From: an uncultured delta proteobacterium
Lineage (GTDB): Bacteria > Myxococcota_A > Polyangia > Fen-1088
NCBI GenBank assembly: GCA_963796685.1
Contig: CAWCMR010000008.1
Location: forward strand, 96,001 to 160,000
DNA: 64,000 bases
Reading direction: 5' to 3'
Shown here piece after piece: positions 42,165 to 51,485 of the stretch. Positions within the stretch are counted from its first letter, which is position 1. Each line of letters begins with the position of its first letter. A program made the translations under genes and the position numbers. The notes under the pieces are model-generated. The model saw only the letters and a list, made by a program, of their open reading frames with translations. It was not told the DNA's origin and searched no databases.

Positions 42165-44326
42165 AACGCGCGCCGCTCGTCCTCGGGCTCGCGCTCTGCA
42201 CTCTGGCAGCCAACGCTTGCAGCGGCTCGTCCCCGGGCAAGAAGGCCGCCGATGCCGGAACCGGGGCGGACGGCCGAGGAGGCTCGGATGCGAGCCCCGA
42301 CGCCGGGCCGAACGACGCGAGCCTCGCCGCCGATGGTGGCATGGCCCTCGATGCACCCGCTCGGGCCGATGCCTCGAGTCGCCCTGAGGTACCCTGGAGC
42401 ATTCCCGACCTCGTCGGCGCTTGCCACCTCGACATCGCACCGCTTTCGCCCGCGAGCTTGGTCAACCTGACCGCCAGCCCGACGGCGTTCCTGCGTGTAC
42501 AGGCCTCGATCACCTGGGGTCAGACCACGCCGTACCCACCCGTCTGGACCTGGTCGGTGACCCGCTCCGACGGACAGACCATCACACCGACCACCGCCGG
42601 CGTGGATCCGAGCGTGGTGCAGTTCCCCATCTCCATCGCCGCCCGCTACGATATCGCGGTCAGCATCGGAGACCACTGCTCGGGAGACGCGCGCGCCCTG
42701 GTCCAGGACGCGCAAACCCAGTACGGGCTCTATCGCTTGCGCGTGCTGCCGCCAAGCGATTCCGCCGCGGGAGCCGTCCCCTACGAGGTCGACCTGAAGA
42801 TCACGTCCGGCACGCCCCAACCCACGAGGGACGTGGATTTCGCCACCGGTCTGGCCCTGGCAATCGATCCGAGCACGGGTCCGGAGACGCCCTTGACCCT
42901 CGCCGTCCCGTCCACCATTCGCATCCAGTCGAGCGGGTCGACCTGGGTCACCTACGGCCGCAGCACCAACCAGGCTCCGTTCCGAACCGTGCTCGATCCC
43001 TTGCTCGAATACCAGGTCCTGGTCATGCCCGACCCACCGAGCACAACCAGCCCGCCGCTGCCCCCTTACCTGCTCAATCGCGGCACCAGCAACAGCGCCA
43101 AGGTCGACGCTCGATTCATCAAGACCAACGCCAATCCCTTGCCGCTTCCAACTGGCATCGCCATCGCCGGACACCTGCTGTCGCCCGACGGCCCCGCGAC
43201 CGGAGCCACCCTCAGCCTGCACTCCTACCAATCGTCCACGACGGTCGGCCAGACCGACCTGCTCTTTTCGACGGTGGGTCGGGCCGACGCCGACGGGGCG
43301 TACAGCCTGGGCGTGAACCCGGGGAGCATGATGTCTGTCGTCATTACGCCCCCGGACGGCTCGCCTCTGCCCGCGGCCACCATCGACCAGGGCATCAATC
43401 TCGCAGCCTCCGCGACGGCGGTGCCCAACGTGGATTTTCAGTGGTTGCCGCTGCCGGCGACCGATCTGCAGTTGACGGTGACCTTGCCGGGCAGCATGGT
43501 CCCCGGGGACCCCATCGCGGTCCACATCGAATCCACCACGGGCGGCCTCCCGGCGGTGGGCATTCTGTCCGTGGCGGGCAGCCCGGGCAGCGATGGTGGA
43601 GACGCATGGTCTACGGTGGCGACGGGAAGCGTCCGCCGAGACGGCGCCACGGATGTCGAGGGCAAGCTGACCTTCGCAGCCTTGCCCAAGGGTCCCTACA
43701 AGCTCACCCTCGCGCCGGCATCGTCGCTGTCGGGCAGCGCGATCACGACCTTGATGATCGACACCTCGAAGGCTGGCGACAGCGTTCAAATGAGCGTTCC
43801 TCTTTCGCCCAAGATCACGGTTTTCGGACGCCTCCTTGACGCCACGGACGACGACACCACGGACACCGAGGGGACCACCGTGGTCGCCACCGATCTGAGC
43901 CACGACCTGATTTCGAGCATCGCCACCGCCAGCCTGGGGTCCGATGGAACCTACCTGCTCGTCCTCGATCCGGGCCGCACCTACCGCCTGGCGGCTCAGC
44001 CGGTAGCGGGCCGCGGACTGCCCTCGTACGTGTCACTCTACGGTTTCTCGACGGGCACCACGAACCTCCAGCTCGACGACCAGCGCATTCCCAAGGGGTT
44101 GCTGGTTCATGGCCACGTGACCTACGCGGGCTCGTCGGTAGCGGGGGCCATCGTACAGGCCTTCTGCGAGGGCCTGCCGCCGGATTGCGTGGACCGCAAC
44201 AACCTCGCCGCGGGGGCCCCACCCGCCCACGCCACGGCGCTCAGCAACGCCAACGGTGACTATGAAATCTACCTACCCGACCCGGCGACCCTGGCAACCC
44301 CGGCGACCCCGGCTGGCAACGAATAG
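42161..44326 (+). CDS. large lipoprotein with repeated beta-sandwich (carboxypeptidase-regulatory-like) domains
   Basis: Lipobox ANAC; ADADGAYSL, TDVEGKLTF..LPKGPY, SNANGDYEIYLPDP. Confidence 0.72.
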   Translation: MKRAPLVLGLALCTLAANACSGSSPGKKAADAGTGADGRGGSDASPDAGPNDASLAADGGMALDAPARADASSRPEVPWSIPDLVGACHLDIAPLSPASLVNLTASPTAFLRVQASITWGQTTPYPPVWTWSVTRSDGQTITPTTAGVDPSVVQFPISIAARYDIAVSIGDHCSGDARALVQDAQTQYGLYRLRVLPPSDSAAGAVPYEVDLKITSGTPQPTRDVDFATGLALAIDPSTGPETPLTLAVPSTIRIQSSGSTWVTYGRSTNQAPFRTVLDPLLEYQVLVMPDPPSTTSPPLPPYLLNRGTSNSAKVDARFIKTNANPLPLPTGIAIAGHLLSPDGPATGATLSLHSYQSSTTVGQTDLLFSTVGRADADGAYSLGVNPGSMMSVVITPPDGSPLPAATIDQGINLAASATAVPNVDFQWLPLPATDLQLTVTLPGSMVPGDPIAVHIESTTGGLPAVGILSVAGSPGSDGGDAWSTVATGSVRRDGATDVEGKLTFAALPKGPYKLTLAPASSLSGSAITTLMIDTSKAGDSVQMSVPLSPKITVFGRLLDATDDDTTDTEGTTVVATDLSHDLISSIATASLGSDGTYLLVLDPGRTYRLAAQPVAGRGLPSYVSLYGFSTGTTNLQLDDQRIPKGLLVHGHVTYAGSSVAGAIVQAFCEGLPPDCVDRNNLAAGAPPAHATALSNANGDYEIYLPDPATLATPATPAGNE

Positions 44327-44383
44327 TCGAATCCAGCGATTGACTGGCGAGCCAAGGTCTGCACCAATTGGCGTACTGAACGG

Positions 44384-45214
44384 ATGAGAGGCGTATCGCT
44401 CACGATCGCGGTTGTTGCTGCCCTGGCGGGGTCGGCCTTGCCTTCCCCTCTCGCGGCCCAGGAAGGCGAGCCGAACGCGCCGGCTGCCACCCCTCCCGGC
44501 GACAGCGCCGCCCCACCCGCGACGAAGCCGGAGAAATCCCCACCGGCGAGCAAGCTGCCACAGGACGCCGCCGCCGCCCTGGTGCGGGCGTCCGCCGCCT
44601 ACGAGTACGGCGACATGAATCAGGTGGTGGACGCCGCCCGCCCGGTGGCCGAAGGTCTTCTGCCCGCCACGACCGAGGAGCAAATCCAGGCCTTCCGGCT
44701 GCTCGGCATCGGGCTTTACCTGACCAACCGACCGCTCGGGGCAGAGACCGCGTTCACCGAGCTTCTACGCAAAGATCCGCACGCCCGCCTCGACCCTACC
44801 TCGACCCGGCCCGAGCTGGTCGCGTTCTTCGAAAGCCTGCGCCACCAGCAGATGGCGCGCCAGCGCTCCACGCGCAAGATGTTCTGGAACTTCATCCCGC
44901 CGGTCGGGCAGTTCCAGAACGACGACCACGTGAAGGGCTGGGTGATCTTGGGCGTGGGCGTGGCAGCGGGCGCCACCGCAGCGACGACCTTCGGCATCTA
45001 CGAGTCCTGGAAACTATCCCATGACATGTCCAAGCATCCCGAGACCGCCCAGACCCTCAAGACGGTCAACATCGTCAGCGGCGCCATTCTCGCGGCCGTC
45101 TACATCTACGGCGTCGTCGACGGCCTGATTGGCTACGGAAAACCCATCGAAGACAGCGCACCGCTGTCGCTGCATTTGTTTCCCGGCGGCGGAGGTCTTG
45201 GTTTTACCTTCTAG
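44384..45214 (+). CDS. exported TPR-like protein with C-terminal membrane segments
   Basis: Signal peptide; YEYGD, LDPTSTRPELVAFF, NFIPPVGQFQN, YGVVDG; ends GGGGLGFTF. Confidence 0.72.
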   Translation: MRGVSLTIAVVAALAGSALPSPLAAQEGEPNAPAATPPGDSAAPPATKPEKSPPASKLPQDAAAALVRASAAYEYGDMNQVVDAARPVAEGLLPATTEEQIQAFRLLGIGLYLTNRPLGAETAFTELLRKDPHARLDPTSTRPELVAFFESLRHQQMARQRSTRKMFWNFIPPVGQFQNDDHVKGWVILGVGVAAGATAATTFGIYESWKLSHDMSKHPETAQTLKTVNIVSGAILAAVYIYGVVDGLIGYGKPIEDSAPLSLHLFPGGGGLGFTF

Positions 45215-45242
45215 CGCCAGGGTGTATACACTTGCCGCCTCC

Positions 45243-45314
45243 AGGCGGGTAGCTCAGTGGTAGAGCAGGCGCCTTACACGCGCCGGGTCGCAGGTTCAAT
45301 CCCTGTCCCGCCTA
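45243..45314 (+). tRNA. tRNA-Val(TAC); CCA not encoded
   Basis: Acceptor AGGCGGG/CCCGCCT, D arm GCTC/GAGC, anticodon arm GGCGC-CTTACAC-GCGCC, T loop TTCAATC. Confidence 0.96.
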
Positions 45315-45399
45315 CAGATTCCGTCAAGCCGTCCGGATGCGCGGCTTGGGTCTCTCGCGGAAGATTGAGATCCCGCTGGCCGGGCCTATCATGTCCCGC

Positions 45400-45944
45400 A
45401 TGAGTGACCAGCTAATCCCTGCCGACTACGCCGGCTGGTTGGCGGACCTGAAGTCACGCATCCAGCGCAGCCGGACGCAAGCCGCCCTGGCCGTCAACCA
45501 AGAGTTGGTGCGCCTGTACCACCACATCGGCAGCGAAATCCTCGCCCGGCAAGGCCGCCAGGGTTGGGGCTTTGCCCATCGCTTCAAATTGGTCAGCAAC
45601 CTGCTGACCAATTGCCGTGGTTCCACATCGTGACCCTGCTGACCAAGGTCGCGGACCCAGACCAGCATGAACGGTACGCCATCCGTGCCGTCGAGCGTGC
45701 CTGGTCCCGCCCCACCCTGCAAGCCAACATCAAGGCCCAGCTGCACCTGCGCGAGGGCGCGGCCGTGACCAATTTCAAGCAGCGGTTGCCCGAGCCCCAG
45801 GTGCAACTGGCGCAGGAGATTCTGAAGGACCCCTATCACTTCGACTTCCTGGGCCTGGGCGATGAAGCCCACGAACGGGACATCGAAAACGCTCTTGTCC
45901 GCCACATCACACGCTTTCTGCTTGAGCTCGGAGCAGGCTTCGCA
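45400..45944 (+). pseudogene. DUF1016/YhcG PD-(D/E)XK nuclease remnant
   Basis: AALAVNQELVRLY..IG..I..RQ..QGWG, then an internal deletion/frame change, QLPWFHIV...LKDPYHFDFL...FLLELGAGFA, then truncated. Confidence 0.85.
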
Positions 45945-46050
45945 ACTCTTGCGGCAGTAGCCTTCCATCGCCAGTCCCTGCTGGTGACGAGGCGATCTGG
46001 TCCCAGCTCGGCTTCCCATAAGCAGTACATGGCGCGCGGGAAGACATCGC

Positions 46051-46091
46051 TTGCCACCCTCATGTTCACAAACTATCCTTCTGTGAACATG
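46051..46091 (+). promoter_or_regulatory. vapBC promoter with overlapping operator
   Basis: TTGCCA-N17-TATCCT; perfect inverted repeat CATGTTCACA-N11-TGTGAACATG covering the -10 and the ATG. Confidence 0.75.
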
Positions 46092-46283
46092 CCGCTTTCC
46101 CACAAACACCTCAAGCTCGACCAGGCCAAGATCGACAAGGCCCGCCGTCTGCTCGGGCTCGCCACGGAGCAGGAAACGCTAGATCGGGCGCTCGATCTCA
46201 TCATTGCCGAGGAACCCATCCTGCGTGCCCACCGCAAGGTCAAAGGCTCGGGTGGCGTTGTAGACATCTTTGGCGATCGGTGA
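46089..46283 (+). CDS. VapB-like antitoxin
   Basis: HKHLKLDQAKIDKARRLLGLATEQETLDRAL (RHH-like); stop overlaps vapC start. Confidence 0.8.
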   Translation: MPLSHKHLKLDQAKIDKARRLLGLATEQETLDRALDLIIAEEPILRAHRKVKGSGGVVDIFGDR

Positions 46284-46690
46284 AGAAGGTCCTCATCGAC
46301 ACCTGCGTCTACATCGACTGGCTCAACCAGGGCCGTCATGAAGATGTCATGCTCGGCACGGGACTCGTCCGGTACATGTCCGCCGTGGTGGCGATGGAGT
46401 TGCGGGCAGGCGCTCAGCATCGCGCTGCTCGCGATTCCACTTCTGCCCTGATTCGAGCCTATCGATCTTCCGGGCGACTGGTCGTGCCATCCAGCGTGGT
46501 TTTCGAACGTGCAGGTGGCGTCCTACGCCAAATCAAGCTCGCCGGTCGCGATGCTCGTCTGTCGTCGCTTTGCAACGATGTGCTCATCGCGCTCACAGCG
46601 CGATCGATCGGCGCATCGGTGGTAACGGCCAATCTCGACGACTTCGCTGCGATCCGGCGGATCGAGCGCTTTGATCTCATGCCCCCGTAG
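46280..46690 (+). CDS. VapC PIN-domain toxin
   Basis: VLIDTCVYIDW, SAVVAMEL, NDVLIALTA, VVTANLDDF. Confidence 0.9.
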   Translation: MKKVLIDTCVYIDWLNQGRHEDVMLGTGLVRYMSAVVAMELRAGAQHRAARDSTSALIRAYRSSGRLVVPSSVVFERAGGVLRQIKLAGRDARLSSLCNDVLIALTARSIGASVVTANLDDFAAIRRIERFDLMPP

Positions 46691-46729
46691 TGGAGTCGTT
46701 CCCGATCTGGATCCAGGACCGAGGTGTCG

Positions 46730-46757
46730 GGACGTCTTGAGCCGGCTCAAGACGTCC
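46730..46757. repeat. perfect 28-bp palindrome
   Basis: GGACGTCTTGAGCCGGCTCAAGACGTCC. Confidence 0.85.
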
Positions 46758-46942
46758 GCGCTGCAAGCGATCTTGCCACCACGTTGCCCGCACACCTCCC
46801 CTGCACGGCTCTCAACCCCTGGGACCTGCACTCGGCGTGACCACGGCAAGTCGGCGCTGTGGCTGTCGAGGACCATCCGCAGAGAGCTTGCTCGACGAAG
46901 GCAGGAGGGGGAGCGGTCGTTGCCAGCAGTATTCAGGTGTTT

Positions 46943-47056
46943 TTCCCGTACGGGAATCCTGGGCTTGGATTCTGCGCCATCCGGCAGTACTATTCCCGTA
47001 CGGTAATAGGAGCCGAAGAACATGGCCCAGGACAACAGGAAAATCCCGTACGGGAA
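46943..47056. promoter_or_regulatory. three HipB-type operators at 50-bp period around a sigma70 promoter
   Basis: TTCCCGTACGGGAA (46943), TTCCCGTACGGTAA (46993), ATCCCGTACGGGAA (47043); TTGGAT-N17-TACTAT at 46965-46993. Confidence 0.8.
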
Positions 47057-47288
47057 GATTGCCGATGTTGGCCAAATCGGGATCGCCATCGGGCAGAAGC
47101 GCCGCGAGATCGGCATGCGGCAGTCGGAATTGGCTGCCCTGTCGGGCGTGGGGACGCGGTTCCTTTCCGAGCTGGAAAACGGCAAGATCACCGCGGAGAT
47201 CGGCAAGGCCCTGCGGGTCCTACAGCGCCTCGGCCTTGACCTGTGGCTCGAACCTCGCGGGTCACTCCGCACTCCGGAGCATCGCTGA
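47022..47288 (+). CDS. HipB-like XRE HTH antitoxin
   Basis: QSELAALSGVGTRFLSELENGKITAEIGKALRVLQRLGL; SD AGGAG. Confidence 0.88.
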   Translation: MAQDNRKIPYGKIADVGQIGIAIGQKRREIGMRQSELAALSGVGTRFLSELENGKITAEIGKALRVLQRLGLDLWLEPRGSLRTPEHR

Positions 47289-47914
47289 TGCAGCGACTGG
47301 GAGTCTTCTTCGAGAGTCGCAAGGTCGGCACGGTGGCCGCGGACGATGGCCGCTTCACCTTCGCCTACGATCCATCCTGGCTCGACGACCAAGCCAGTTT
47401 TGCCATCTCGCGTTCCCTGCCCTTGGTCGCCGGGCCCGAGGCTGGGCCCGCCGCGCATGCGTTCTTCGCCAACCTGCTGCCTGAGGGGCGCATCCGTGCG
47501 CTCGTCGCCCGCCGGCTTGGCATCTCGGAGGACAACGATTTCGCGCTGCTGGCCGCCCTGGGTGGCGAGTGCGCGGGAGCCATGGTGGTGGCCGCTGCGG
47601 CGCCGAAACCCGCCAAGCACACGTGGCGCCCCCTCGACAACGAGGAGTTGGTGCGACTGTCGGCGGGTGGTGCGGCCTTCGCCGAAGCCGTGGCGGGCGG
47701 TGGGGTTCGGCTTTCTCTCGCCGGGGAGTCAGTCGGGGTTGGGCCCGCCTTCGTGCTCGAGGTCGTGCGGAACCTGGCGAAAGCCATCCCTGAACGCGCC
47801 CGCACGATTGACGCCGAGATGCACTCGGGTCGTGGCGACCTCCCGGCAGCCAAGATGATCGTGCCCATCCTGCGCAAGCGCAGTCGGCGGCTACTGCAAC
47901 TCTTGCGGCAGTAG
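47288..47914 (+). pseudogene. HipA toxin with in-frame internal deletion of the kinase core
   Basis: HipA N-domain (FAYDPSWL, ISRSLP, FFANLLPEG, GGECAGA) runs to RLSLAG then jumps to a C-terminal helix; 208 aa. Confidence 0.8.
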
Positions 47915-48056
47915 CGAAGCCCAAATGCGAGCACGACATCACAAAACGAGAGGACCCCTGATTGCCGGTCGATCAAACTGCCGTAAACCGCCAGCGCCCG
48001 ATCCTCGGGCTAATCATGCTGTTCAAGATGCTGCGGTTCATGAAAAGGAGAAGATC

Positions 48057-49751
48057 ATGCAAATCAAGGAGCTCTTTCGTGTCCACGGTCCCGGCCATCC
48101 ACACACGCACGTGTCCTGTTCCAAATCCAAGCCCGTGCGCCAGAGACTGCCTTTCCTTTGCGCATGCGCCGTCAGCGCATCGCTGCTTGGGGGTTGCGAC
48201 GACGGGTCATCGGAAACCGACAACGAGGGCATCGGCGCCTCTCAGCGCGCGGCGCACGTTGCCTGCCAGAAGGACAATTCAGGGACGCCGAGCACGGTCA
48301 TGGTGGACACGAGGTCCAATTTGGGCGTCCTCTCGCCCATCGCTGTGGGTGTGAACACTGCTGCCTGGGACGGCCATCTGACGGATGCAGAAATTCCCCG
48401 ATTGCTGGCGGACGCAGGTATTCAGATCCTTCGCTATCCAGGAGGTTCGACCTCCAACAACTATCACTGGTTGTCCAACACTCCGGACGATCCCAACCAG
48501 GGAGGCACGGTTCCCAGCGCAAACTTCGACGCCTATATGGCGATCGTCAAGGCAGTCGGCGCCGAGTCCATGCTGACGGTCAACTATGGCTCAGGGACAG
48601 CCCAGGAGGCTGCCGACTGGGTACGCTATGCCAACCAGGGTGGCCGAGCCTATAGGGGGCCTGTGCCGACCTATCCTGACGCGAGCCGTACCGGCCACCA
48701 TTACGGCATCAAGTACTGGGAGATCGGCAATGAGCTGTACGGCGATGGCACCTATGGGGCAACCTGGGAGGTCAATCACAACGCTCACGACCCGACCACC
48801 TATGCCAATGGCGTCGTGAGCTACAGCTCGGCCATGAAGGCGATTGACCCTTCCATCAAGATCGGTGTCGTCCTTACGGCGCCTGGCAACTGGCCTGATG
48901 GGCAAACCAGTCCATCGTCGCCGCAGCCTTGGAACGATACCATCCTGCCCATCGTTTGCTCTGCCGTCGATTTCGTCGATGTCCACTGGTATCCGCAGGG
49001 ACCGACGGGGGAATCCGACTCCGCCTTGCTGGCCGCTTCCCAAAATGGGGAATCTACAAGCGTCAGCTATACCCCCAGCATTCCCAGCATGGTCGCCAGC
49101 CTGAAGGCCCTACTCACGCAGTACTGCGGCACCCGTGCCAACGCGATCCAAATGATGATCACCGAGACCAATTCGGTCTCCTACAATCCTGGCAAGCAGA
49201 CCACCAGCCCCGTCAATGCGCTGTTCCTTGCCGACCAGGTCATGACCTGGCTAGAGAATGGTGTGGCCAATGTAGATTGGTGGGCTGTTCACAACAGTCC
49301 CTTCGACGGCAATATCGACCCATCCCTGTACGGCGACTACAACTTCGGAGACTATGGAATCCTATCGGCCGGACTGACCACTACCAACGGCGCTGTCGAG
49401 CCGCCTGCCAACACCCTATTCCCCGCATACTACGGGCTACGGATGCTCTCCTATCTGGGACATCACCCACGGGACACCATGCTCCACGCCGCATCCTCGA
49501 CTCCCGTCGTATCGGCACATGCCGTCAGGCAAGCAGACGGCGACATCAACCTGATGTTGATCAACAAAGACCCCAGTGTTGCCTACACCGTGACTGTCTC
49601 GCTACAAGGAGCCCGCGTCCATGGCCGGGCGCATGTGTTTGCCTATGGTATCCACAGCACGACGATCGATACGACCTTCACATCCGTTGAGGGTTCGTCC
49701 TTCCCGATCACGATTGGGCCCTACTCGATAACCACGGTAGCGCTGCCGTAA
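48057..49751 (+). CDS. clan GH-A glycoside hydrolase lipoprotein (GH51/GH44/GH79-like)
   Basis: SD AAGGAG; lipobox LLGGC; LRYPGGS, YWEIGNE, DFVDVHWY, ITETN; C-terminal beta-sandwich. Confidence 0.82.
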   Translation: MQIKELFRVHGPGHPHTHVSCSKSKPVRQRLPFLCACAVSASLLGGCDDGSSETDNEGIGASQRAAHVACQKDNSGTPSTVMVDTRSNLGVLSPIAVGVNTAAWDGHLTDAEIPRLLADAGIQILRYPGGSTSNNYHWLSNTPDDPNQGGTVPSANFDAYMAIVKAVGAESMLTVNYGSGTAQEAADWVRYANQGGRAYRGPVPTYPDASRTGHHYGIKYWEIGNELYGDGTYGATWEVNHNAHDPTTYANGVVSYSSAMKAIDPSIKIGVVLTAPGNWPDGQTSPSSPQPWNDTILPIVCSAVDFVDVHWYPQGPTGESDSALLAASQNGESTSVSYTPSIPSMVASLKALLTQYCGTRANAIQMMITETNSVSYNPGKQTTSPVNALFLADQVMTWLENGVANVDWWAVHNSPFDGNIDPSLYGDYNFGDYGILSAGLTTTNGAVEPPANTLFPAYYGLRMLSYLGHHPRDTMLHAASSTPVVSAHAVRQADGDINLMLINKDPSVAYTVTVSLQGARVHGRAHVFAYGIHSTTIDTTFTSVEGSSFPITIGPYSITTVALP

Positions 49752-49808
49752 CTGAGCATAGCCTAGCCTATACTAAGACGTAACTCACCGGGCAGAGGCA
49801 AAGGAATC

Positions 49809-50462
49809 CTATCCGGGTTCCGCCTCTGCCCGTCTTACCATTTGACATCCTCGTCGAACGGAATCGGCACGTCTTCGCAGATCGCGAGCAAGCAGCTCCC
49901 TTGCGATGCGTGCCATCTTTCGTAAGCGGTTGAAGACGGTCCTGCGAGCAATACCGAGAGCTGCTGCGATCTCGACCTGGGACATCCCCTCGAGGTAATG
50001 CATGATCGCCACCTGGGCTCCGTCCTCTCCGCTGAGGGCCAGGACGGCGAGGACGAATTCGCGATCCGCGAATTCGTTCCATCGGATGCCGGGAGCGTTC
50101 GTCGCCAGTGCGGCCACGGCGCGGGCTTGCATCTTCTGCTTGCTCAAGATGTTGAGGCAAACGTTGGTGGAGACGCGATACAGGTAGTGAAGCGCCCCCG
50201 TCTCGAACGCCAGAACGGTGCCGCGCGCGATGACGCGCACGAAGGTCTCCTGGGTTGCGTCCCGCGCGCTGGCGGTCGAGTGCAGAAATCGACGGCAATG
50301 CTCATAAATGGCCGGGGAGTAGTACGCGTACAAGTGGGCAAGTGCCGTTTCGCGTGCTCGGAACGCGGGCGACCTCTCCTTTTCGTCTTCCACAGCATCG
50401 GCTAGGCCGGTCTGGCTTGGCACATGGAGTGGCGCTGGTCGTAGCAATTCCATGACGACCAT
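49809..50462 (-). CDS. ECF sigma factor, no adjacent anti-sigma
   Basis: ARDATQETFVRV, YLYRVSTNVCLNIL, HYLEGMSQVEIAAALGIARRTVFNRL. Confidence 0.85.
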   Translation of the reverse strand: MVVMELLRPAPLHVPSQTGLADAVEDEKERSPAFRARETALAHLYAYYSPAIYEHCRRFLHSTASARDATQETFVRVIARGTVLAFETGALHYLYRVSTNVCLNILSKQKMQARAVAALATNAPGIRWNEFADREFVLAVLALSGEDGAQVAIMHYLEGMSQVEIAAALGIARRTVFNRLRKMARIARELLARDLRRRADSVRRGCQMVRRAEAEPG

Positions 50463-50549
50463 TCTCCGTGCCCGGGGAAAGGCGGTCTTCTCGTTTCGTG
50501 ACCAGCGCCTTGCATTTCGGACCTCGCGCAGGCAAGGCGCGCTCGGTCA

Positions 50550-51407
50550 CTAGAGTTGCTGCTGCTTGAGGCGCGCCAAATAGTCGCGCGGTGAACAACC
50601 CATGGTTTCCTGAAAGACGCGATGGCACTGGGCATAGCTGCCGAACCCGGAGCGAAAGCAGGCGTCGAGCAGGGTAAGGCGTCCTTCACACGCAAGCTCG
50701 ACGAAGTGTTCCAAGCGAAGCCTTTGTCGGTAGGTCACCAGATTGACGCCCAGTTGCTCCGCGAATTGACGGCTGAGAGCTGCGGGGCTGATTCCCACGC
50801 GCTGGGCGAGGGTCTCTCTCGACATAGCCGGATCCTGGGACAGCAGGCGCATGCTTGCCCGGACTTCAGGCGAGACGATGCTGTCCGACGTCCTTGCGCC
50901 AGACCCGTCGAATGCTTCCCAGGCGTCGAGCAGTGAATAGGCAAGTCCGGCCTTGCGCAGGTCCACGGAGCTCGACTGCCTAATCCTGGCCAGCTCTTGG
51001 TCCAGTCGGCGCGTGTCCCTCCAATCGATGACTCGACACTGCTCGCCTCCGGGCATTCCAGAGCGCAGCGCGGCATGCGAGCCGCTGCTGCAGGTGCGAT
51101 CGATCAGCTCGGGTAGAAGCACCACGATCCACATTTCGAAGTCGGCGGTCCGCTCTTCTGCGTGGTGGTTCTGTTCCGGGTACAGCCACAACAAGGAGCC
51201 GACACCGAGGGCGTAGCGTTTCCCGTCGACCTCGTAGTGGCCGCGGCCCGAGACGACGAGGTTGAACTCCAATCCTTCGTGACGGTGGCGAGGATGATAG
51301 TACCCGTTGCCACGATGGGGCCACACCGTGCCCCCGCAGGTCTCTGGAATTGCCAGCCGCTCGATGATGGACAGCCGTGGATCTATTCTGGACTGTTGGA
51401 TGTCCAT
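50550..51407 (-). CDS. AraC-family transcriptional regulator
   Basis: Cupin HRHEGLEFNLV; LAQRVGISPAALSRQF; SGFGSYAQCHRVF...GCSPRDY. Confidence 0.9.
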   Translation of the reverse strand: MDIQQSRIDPRLSIIERLAIPETCGGTVWPHRGNGYYHPRHRHEGLEFNLVVSGRGHYEVDGKRYALGVGSLLWLYPEQNHHAEERTADFEMWIVVLLPELIDRTCSSGSHAALRSGMPGGEQCRVIDWRDTRRLDQELARIRQSSSVDLRKAGLAYSLLDAWEAFDGSGARTSDSIVSPEVRASMRLLSQDPAMSRETLAQRVGISPAALSRQFAEQLGVNLVTYRQRLRLEHFVELACEGRLTLLDACFRSGFGSYAQCHRVFQETMGCSPRDYLARLKQQQL

Positions 51408-51485
51408 GGCGCCTCCTCCCACGAATACAACACATGGCCCGGCAAGAATGTGCAACCGAAAACTTCGTTCGTGTATCATGCGAAC

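Larger units (their letters stand above)
45315..49790. mobile_element. eroded tRNA-associated island (nuclease/TA remnants and lower-GC cargo); right boundary uncertain
   Basis: Directly after tRNA-Val; two deletion pseudogenes, two TA loci, compositional shift; no integrase or attR seen. Confidence 0.5.

Noticed and set aside
45564-46283. DUF1016-VapB fusion protein
   Set aside because: Chance in-frame join after truncation; vapB has its own promoter and operator.
46943-47056. Possible mini-CRISPR (14-bp repeats, 36-bp spacers)
   Set aside because: Repeats too short, only three, no cas genes, and they straddle the hipB promoter as operators would.
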